From positions 9,571 through 73,570 of IMG/VR virus record IMGVR_UViG_3300006224_000008: a DNA stretch of 64,000 bases; one strand, given 5' to 3'. The stretch comes from a virus. Numbering within the stretch: the first letter of the stretch is position 1; every line of letters begins with the position of its first letter. The notes under the pieces were generated by a model. The model was not told where the DNA came from. It made no database searches and saw nothing but the letters and a program-made list of their open reading frames with translations. The position numbers and the translations under genes were made by a program. This document shows positions 58,058 to 64,000 of this stretch, in pieces.

Positions 58058-58251
58058 GAAAAGTTCTCGTTAATGTCGATCCAGTTAAGGATCTCCCTCA
58101 GGCCCTTGCGCGTGATCTTTACCGTCGGCCCCATCAATCCGCCCGGAGACTTCCGAACTGTCATTGTGCCATCGTTGTACGTGATCAAGGTGTACTCGCC
58201 CAGGACCACCGCAGCAGCGCCGCGCTTCAAAATTCTAAGCAGGTAGTTCAT
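58054..58251 (-). CDS. Hypothetical protein
   Basis: 65 aa, ATGA-coupled to the next gene. Confidence 0.5.
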   Translation of the reverse strand: MNYLLRILKRGAAAVVLGEYTLITYNDGTMTVRKSPGGLMGPTVKITRKGLREILNWIDINENFS

Positions 58252-58324
58252 TTGATTGTTTCAAGGGTTGCTAAAGTACCGCCGCCGCCGATCCGCCCCC
58301 GGACGGCGCCCGGCAAAAAAAGAT

Positions 58325-58552
58325 TCAAACTTTCGGGGTGTCCGCCTCGGCTGTTCCGAGGTCAAACTTGCGCCCGGCCGTTCCGGCCGCTCCCTTGACC
58401 GTCGCGGCAATCTCCGACGCTTGGCGCCGCACTAGGCGCGCTTCCTGGGCACGGTACCGTTGGAGCTTGCCCGCCGCGAAGCGTAGCTTGCGCTCCCACC
58501 GCACGATTGCGGCACGTGCCGCCGTGAGTTTCTCGCTTGTGTTCCGTCTCAT
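58325..58552 (-). CDS. Small basic helical protein
   Basis: AAAGGATC RBS before ATG 58552. GRKFDL near the C-terminus. Confidence 0.65.
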   Translation of the reverse strand: MRRNTSEKLTAARAAIVRWERKLRFAAGKLQRYRAQEARLVRRQASEIAATVKGAAGTAGRKFDLGTAEADTPKV

Positions 58553-58647
58553 AGTGATCCTTTCCGTTGACTGGCCTTTGTGGCCAGACTGAAAGCCCGG
58601 GCCGGTCTCCCGGGCTTGTGTGTCTGGCAACCAAGGGAGGATCGTCC

Positions 58648-59688
58648 CTATGCTGCAACAGCCTCGCCCGCTGGGGCGGCTTCGGTGTCTTCCGACAAAT
58701 CGAACTTGCGGGACTTGCGGTCTACGATCATACCGTCAAGGGCGGTCTGAACTTCGCGGAACTTGTTCGCGATCTGGTCTCTCACGTTCAGGTTCTTGCG
58801 CAGCTTTTCCGGGTCGGTGTCCTTGACGATCTTTTGCGCCTTCTCTACCAGCGCCGCAAGTTCGGCATCGCCCAGGTTCTTGTCCTTGAACGTCGCGATA
58901 AAGTCTTCCACGTTCGCCACAAGCGTGTCCTTGAAGATCTTGGGCTTGGCGCCCGCCTCCACGGTCAAGCGCTCCACAAGATGATCAACCAACTCGGCGA
59001 AGCTCACCCGCAACGCTTCCCGCATCTGATCGGCCGCGTTCACTAGCTTGCGTTCGAACTCCGCGACCTTCTCAGCCCGCAGCTCCGCGGGAAGATCCTC
59101 AGGCACGCCGATTGCCAAGTATTCCCAGTCGAGGGAGAACTTGCTGGCCGCTTCACTTGCGCCAGGGTAGTTACTCTCCACGTACAACGGCCCAAGTCCG
59201 CCCTTCTTGACGGGGGTGTCCTTCGCCCGCCGCTTGGCGTTCTGCCAGTCCGCCACGATTGCCGGGCGGTACTTGGTTTCGAGCTGAACCAGGGCGTCTT
59301 TCAGAAGCTCTTCAACTTCCGTGACAATGTCCTTCCGGCATCGGAACAGCCCTTCCTGAATGAAGCTTGGCTGCATTCGCCCCCGATACTTCCCACACAG
59401 TTTGTCTTTGATTTCGTTCAAGAAATCATTGACGTAATCTATCGGTTGACTGTCCATGAGTCTGACTGTGTGCTTGCACTTGTCAACGGCGCCCGCCGTC
59501 CGGACGCTGGAAACTGGTTGCCCGGGATCCGTGCTCTCATCCTCCCCTTCGGGCAGGTTCAAGAGTCGGATGTATTCCCTCACTGCGTTCCCGTTGGTAG
59601 CCTTGGCTGAGTTACCCCAGCGGTGGATTGAAAGCCGGAATAGGTAGCTATTCCGGAGGTCGTCTATGTTTACGAGTGTTGTCTGCAT
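58648..59688 (-). CDS. DUF3150-like helical protein
   Basis: 346 aa with a YP..F..W motif and coiled coil. This family typically neighbours AAA modules. Confidence 0.65.
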   Translation of the reverse strand: MQTTLVNIDDLRNSYLFRLSIHRWGNSAKATNGNAVREYIRLLNLPEGEDESTDPGQPVSSVRTAGAVDKCKHTVRLMDSQPIDYVNDFLNEIKDKLCGKYRGRMQPSFIQEGLFRCRKDIVTEVEELLKDALVQLETKYRPAIVADWQNAKRRAKDTPVKKGGLGPLYVESNYPGASEAASKFSLDWEYLAIGVPEDLPAELRAEKVAEFERKLVNAADQMREALRVSFAELVDHLVERLTVEAGAKPKIFKDTLVANVEDFIATFKDKNLGDAELAALVEKAQKIVKDTDPEKLRKNLNVRDQIANKFREVQTALDGMIVDRKSRKFDLSEDTEAAPAGEAVAA

Positions 59689-59804
59689 TGGATTTGATCC
59701 TTTTGGTTAAGTGTGAACTTGGCCAGTGTCGTTTTAACACTGACGCGCCTACTGCCCGCAGCTTACCTCAGGGCTCCGGGCAGGTAGCGCGCCACTGTTG
59801 GCGC

Positions 59805-60053
59805 CTAGTGTGTGTGACCGTCCGACGCGTGCGCCTCTAGCGCCGCGTGTATGTGTGCATGCGTGCCCTTAAGCTTGATCTCAGTGGTCCCGCCCGCCAG
59901 CCGTGACAGTTCCCGCAAGAACGCTTCAGCGTTGGCGTGATTCGGTCCGGATATGATCCCCGTATCGGTCCGGATTCTGCCATCTTCCAATACTTGGATC
60001 CGGAGAATATCGCCCCCAGGCTTGCGGACTTCAAAACAGATAGGCGCGCTCAT
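59805..60053 (-). CDS. DUF2997-like small protein with a His-rich tail
   Basis: I.VLEDG.I.T.T..ISG..H..AE. Follows the AAA and DUF1257-like genes. Confidence 0.55.
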   Translation of the reverse strand: MSAPICFEVRKPGGDILRIQVLEDGRIRTDTGIISGPNHANAEAFLRELSRLAGGTTEIKLKGTHAHIHAALEAHASDGHTH

Positions 60054-60376
60054 GACACCCTCCTCACTGCCCAAGCGGGCTGGTCAACCTGTTTTGTTAC
60101 CCACCCAAACCGCGCAAAGCGCCTCGCGGTATCTCTCACTACAGCGGCGCCATAAGCCTGTTTGATCTCGTTTACGTCGCGACTGCTCGCGAACTGGCTT
60201 TGACCGGTGGCAACGTCAATCCACTCTCCCCGGCCAAAATGAATTCGCCCCTTGTCCACACTGCGGATAAAGGCGCCCAGGTGCAGATCGTTCAGCGCCG
60301 CCAGCATCAAATCCGGGTTAATCCGCCCGACGCTGGAAAGGTCTACGCTAATCGTTCTAATGCTATCGCATGGCAT
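60050..60376 (-). CDS. DUF1257-like protein
   Basis: MPCDS..LMLAALNDL..IKQAYGAAVV...A..FGW. Directly after the AAA gene. Confidence 0.55.
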   Translation of the reverse strand: MPCDSIRTISVDLSSVGRINPDLMLAALNDLHLGAFIRSVDKGRIHFGRGEWIDVATGQSQFASSRDVNEIKQAYGAAVVRDTARRFARFGWVTKQVDQPAWAVRRVS

Positions 60377-60378
60377 AG

Positions 60379-61914
60379 TTAATCCTGGGTTGTGATTTTC
60401 CGGCCTACTGGCGCCGCCCCGACGGCCTCACCGGCACTGTAGCGGTATTTCCCGGGCAGACTGGCACTGAGGAACCGATTATGCGCGAGCTTGCGCAGTG
60501 CCTCAACGGCCTCCGGGGCAGACTGGCACACCGGGACAACATTGTCGGCGGCATCGACCAGGGACAGCCCGGCCCGAAACGCCACGTCGCAGCATGCCCT
60601 GATTTCCGCCCCCGTCCATCCGTTGCACTCAGGCAAGGCTTGCTGCGGGTCCAACCTGAACCGCTTGATCCATATAGGCCAGATCGTAGCCCTTTCCTCC
60701 GCCGTCGGAAGGTCAAAGAAGAAGGTCCCCATTGTATAACGGCGCCTCAACTCCGGCGGGAGACTGGTAATCTTGTTGCACGTCGCAAGGATCATGCCCT
60801 GGCGGTTGCTCACGCTCATGTAAATATCCATCGCTGCCCGGATTCGGGCTTCGGAGTCGCCAACTATGCCCGCTTTCATGGCTCCGCAATCGAACGCTAC
60901 GACCGGCACGTTTGCCAGATTGCCCGCTGCCTTCGCGACTTGGCTTTTCCCCGTGCCAGCATGGCCGACAAGTAGGATCCCCGGGATGTCGTAATCTTGC
61001 ATGACTTTCAGGAACACTTGCAACTGGTCTTTGCTGACTCCGGAGTCCCCGCCCCCGTCGGTGGCGCCCGCGAGTCCCTTTTCAATCTCGTCGACAAACC
61101 CCAGCGCGCCCACCTTGGTATTGCCAGACGTGAGAATGCACGTGAGATAACGCTTCAGGCGGTCTAGCCCGCCAATATCCGCGAACGTTTCACCCCCGCG
61201 CCAGACGCTCAAACCTGGGGTTTGCTCAATCATCTTGACCTTGCGCGCCCACAGGCTATCAGGGTCGAGCCCTGCCCGCGTCACGGAAACCGCGGTAACC
61301 TGTTCGACCGCGAACGCTGACAGCCCTGTTAGCACATCCGCCGTCTTGTCCAACTCCGCCGGTGGCGCAATCTCAGCATCCTTGCATACGCTCTGCACGA
61401 TCTCTGAGATTTCCGCTGAGTCTGGCAACGCCTCACTACTGACCATTACGTCTTGCTTCAGCTCCGGCGGCAGTGTCAACGCTGGCCCGAGGAGAACCAG
61501 CAAGGCATGGCGCCCTTTCAAGGCGTCGCGGCAATTCCAGACGGCCTGCATCACGGTCGTCTCAGATATGAATCGTTGCGCATTGTGCATGAAGCAGACG
61601 GTCTCCGCCGGAGCTTTCGCCGCCAGGGCGGAAAGCGCTTCGGTCGGATTAGTCAGGGGGATCCCGTCGTTCCCGCCAACCTCGCGGACGGCATCGCCCG
61701 AAACGTCATTGTAGGCCCGGCCGCTTGCCGGATCCGTGACCTCAGAAAATGCTCGAACAACATCCCATTGAATCAACGGGACAGATTCGAGCTTGCCATT
61801 CATGGCCCGAACCGCATTCAAGATCGTGCGGGCGGGATCCGCGGTCTCCAGTCCCGCAATGGGCACGCCAGCCCGCCGCCAGGGCTTGATCGGATGACTT
61901 TGAACGTTACGCAT
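60379..61914 (-). CDS. Ycf46-like AAA+ ATPase with permuted motif order
   Basis: IGGLDRLK, FVDEIEK, GDSGVS, GHAGTGKS, VGDSE, ATCN, LPPELRRR, FFFDLP and TGAEI. Confidence 0.88.
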   Translation of the reverse strand: MRNVQSHPIKPWRRAGVPIAGLETADPARTILNAVRAMNGKLESVPLIQWDVVRAFSEVTDPASGRAYNDVSGDAVREVGGNDGIPLTNPTEALSALAAKAPAETVCFMHNAQRFISETTVMQAVWNCRDALKGRHALLVLLGPALTLPPELKQDVMVSSEALPDSAEISEIVQSVCKDAEIAPPAELDKTADVLTGLSAFAVEQVTAVSVTRAGLDPDSLWARKVKMIEQTPGLSVWRGGETFADIGGLDRLKRYLTCILTSGNTKVGALGFVDEIEKGLAGATDGGGDSGVSKDQLQVFLKVMQDYDIPGILLVGHAGTGKSQVAKAAGNLANVPVVAFDCGAMKAGIVGDSEARIRAAMDIYMSVSNRQGMILATCNKITSLPPELRRRYTMGTFFFDLPTAEERATIWPIWIKRFRLDPQQALPECNGWTGAEIRACCDVAFRAGLSLVDAADNVVPVCQSAPEAVEALRKLAHNRFLSASLPGKYRYSAGEAVGAAPVGRKITTQD

Positions 61915-61945
61915 AGTATGATCCTTTCCTTGGTTGGTTGGTTGC

Positions 61946-62215
61946 CTACGACCGGCACACTTGCCAGAGGATGATCGCGGTCAGCGTCACACTCGCGACG
62001 CAGTAGATCGCAAGCCACAAGTTGAGCCAGCCGCACCCCGGCCGCACACCGAACACGTTATCGAGCCATGGCCCGGCCCGCCTCACCGTCCGCCGGACTC
62101 GCGCCCACACCGAGGGCACCCACAGACACGCGACGCCAGCCAACAGCGGCGCCACAAGGCCCAGGTGCCCGGCACACGTGCCGCACCCTAGAACTACGGT
62201 ATTGATTGAATACAT
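61946..62215 (-). CDS. Small membrane protein (first early gene)
   Basis: AAAGGATC RBS and two hydrophobic segments. Confidence 0.55.
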   Translation of the reverse strand: MYSINTVVLGCGTCAGHLGLVAPLLAGVACLWVPSVWARVRRTVRRAGPWLDNVFGVRPGCGWLNLWLAIYCVASVTLTAIILWQVCRS

Positions 62216-62685
62216 TGGTGTTGATCCTTTTGGTTGCACTCCTCAGCTAGTTTGATCCGGACTTGGAACCCGGCATCGGCGCCACACTTGGCGCCCATGG
62301 TGCTTTAGTGCTTTCCCCAGGTTCTACCCGCAGACTTGCGGATTACCCCGGGAGCAGTACAGCAGAAAGCCCGGCACCCCAGCGCTTACCTAACAAGGAT
62401 TCACGCCAGAGAACCGCGCAGGCTCCGCCTCTGCCAATCGCCTTTTTGGCCGAACAAGAACCGCCGGGCCATGGCGCCCGGGACCGTCAAACCGCTTCGG
62501 TCTCGCCGTTGCCTATCGAACCCGCCCGCCAACCTCGCGAACCATGATCACCAATCGCATGGCCCGCTCTGCGGTCGAACCCGCTCCATTCTGGCCGGAG
62601 AAGCCCCCAGCGGGATAACGCGCCGCCGGACTACTCGCGCCGCCTCCCAGCGGAAACCCTTAGCCCTTCCCCTCAGCCCACACAC

Positions 62686-62715
62686 AGACTACCAGACAAC
62701 CTAGCAAACCGTCAA
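62686..62715 (-). promoter_or_regulatory. Sigma70-type early promoter
   Basis: TTGACG-N18-TAGTCT with a TG extension, pointing into the early operon. Confidence 0.6.
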
Positions 62716-62779
62716 TGCCCTTGGTGAAGATTTAGACTCCTTTTTCTGGCTCACTTGGCACACCCAATGCTCCCCTAGA

Positions 62780-62940
62780 CATGCCCCGTCCACCCTAAAC
62801 TCAACCCTTAATACCCCTAATACTTTCCCTTAGTCACCCGTACTACACCTAATACACCTAATACTCCTAATTAGACTAAAGATGTCCACCTATATCAAAC
62901 GTTCGTTTTAAACGTACGTTCAATTGAAACGAACGACTGA
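62780..62940. repeat. C/A-skewed CCTAATA repeats and a palindrome (origin or operator candidate)
   Basis: Several CCTAA(TA) units. Inverted repeat CGTTCGTTT (62900-62908) / AAACGAACG (62927-62935). Confidence 0.5.
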
Positions 62941-62951
62941 TAAGAACAGGC

Positions 62952-63431
62952 GTGTTACTTTCTCTCCTTCTCTTGTTCGGCCGATGGGGCCAACATAGTG
63001 CAGTGCCAGCGCTCATCCGCCAGCCCAGACGTAAGGCCGCAAGGGCTCATGCCCGGCGAACACTGCGCCTTGGCGACGAAACCCGGCGGATGTGGCGAAT
63101 GTTGGCGCCGTCGGATGAGGAGTTCCGAATTATGCTGGTGGACTTGTTCCGACTGTGCAGCAAGAATTTCTACCTCCTCACGTCGATGCTCGGAGTCCCC
63201 GCAATGACACTCCAGCGGTGGATGCTGGGCAAGAATTCGCCACCAGCCGGAGCGCGCCGGGCTGTCTGGCTAACCTGGGCCTTGCTGATGCATCCGGAGG
63301 TAATCGAGACGATCTACGACCTCGCGACATGGGGAAGGTTCAGAACCATCCGGCCGCGACCGCGGCGCCCGCCTCACAAGAGCTACGCCACCGTTGCAGT
63401 CCCCGAGGGGGTTGACGACTGGAGCGTCTGA
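62952..63431 (+). CDS. HTH DNA-binding protein (start uncertain, possibly 63090)
   Basis: LTSMLGVPAMTLQRWMLGKNSP is an XRE-like HTH. Divergent from the early operon. Confidence 0.6.
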   Translation: MLLSLLLLFGRWGQHSAVPALIRQPRRKAARAHARRTLRLGDETRRMWRMLAPSDEEFRIMLVDLFRLCSKNFYLLTSMLGVPAMTLQRWMLGKNSPPAGARRAVWLTWALLMHPEVIETIYDLATWGRFRTIRPRPRRPPHKSYATVAVPEGVDDWSV

Positions 63432-63964
63432 CCGCGGCGCCTTGTGTCCCGGGGACCACTACAGGCAGCGTACGCGAGGCGGATACTGGCCTTGACACGC
63501 CACAAGTCGGGGACTGGCTGTCCACCAACCACTTGCGCACGGAGCAATTGAATATAACTGTTGTTGCGCGAAGTCGGCGCCATTGTGGCCCTCGGTTTGC
63601 CTTCCCGCCCGGCCCGGTCACCCTGCCCGGTCACCCGGGATCCTCCCCTGCCCTGCCCGGCCATGGTGCCAGCGGCGGACGGAACGGCGCCGCGACCGCG
63701 ACCGACCGCAGAACCCGCACGCACGCGGCCGCGCTGAACCCCGGGGGGAGTTTTGGGGGTGCCGGGGGTGCCCCGGTTCACGTAATATGTCCTCTTTCTC
63801 TTTCCGACGGGATTGCGTTGGGACTCTCTGGGAATGAATGCGTGGCAGGATTGAAACTGGTGGTTAGGGGGGGGGTAGGGGGTGGGGAATAGTTGACTGT
63901 GTCGTGGTTTTTAAGTTGTAAGGTCTTGGTGGATAGGGTTACAAACAAAGATGAAAGATTGAGC

Positions 63965-63993
63965 TTGACAGGCTGTTTTATTTTTTTCATTCT
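63965..63993 (+). promoter_or_regulatory. Possible sigma70 promoter pointing out of the window
   Basis: TTGACA-N17-CATTCT. Confidence 0.35.
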
Positions 63994-64000
63994 TCAAAAG

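Larger units (their letters stand above)
56929..62230 (-). promoter_or_regulatory. Seven AAAGGATC motifs just upstream of early-gene start codons
   Basis: GATCCTTT on the + strand at 56929, 57296, 57807, 58556, 59696, 61920 and 62223. Confidence 0.85.

Noticed and set aside
62516-62584. tRNA genes suggested by GGTTCGA
   Set aside because: No T-stem closure, cloverleaf or acceptor stem could be built.
63383-63990. ORFs at the right edge
   Set aside because: Low-complexity G/C runs with no coding signal. More likely regulatory or terminal DNA.

Overview
The whole window is a segment of a GC-rich tailed dsDNA phage genome. It looks podovirus-like: there is a tail-nozzle gene and a giant internal-virion protein, and no recognisable tape measure or sheath. 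No host housekeeping genes, integrase, tRNA or CRISPR array were seen. There are four transcription blocks. (1) + strand, <1-12872: a 5'-truncated >3990-aa polyvalent virion protein with an ART-like domain, an HExxH motif and nested +1-frame basic peptide genes. (2) - strand, 12829-39086: portal, scaffold, major capsid, adaptor, a multidomain tail protein, a ~400-nt pseudoknotted non-coding element, a ~11-kb glycosyltransferase/methyltransferase/epimerase cluster, and the nozzle. (3) + strand, 39180-48312: terminases, Ig and beta-propeller proteins, secreted FN3 proteins and holin/lipoprotein genes. (4) - strand, 48290-62715: early and recombination genes, including an internally permuted Ycf46-like AAA+ module. 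The best leads are a probable virion O-glycosylation system (polypeptide-GalNAc-transferase-like enzyme plus a poly-Thr capsid tail), the structured ncRNA candidate, the nested genes, the AAA+ with Walker B before Walker A, and a shared RKFDL-type C-terminal tag. All family names come from motif recognition by eye. No searches were run.
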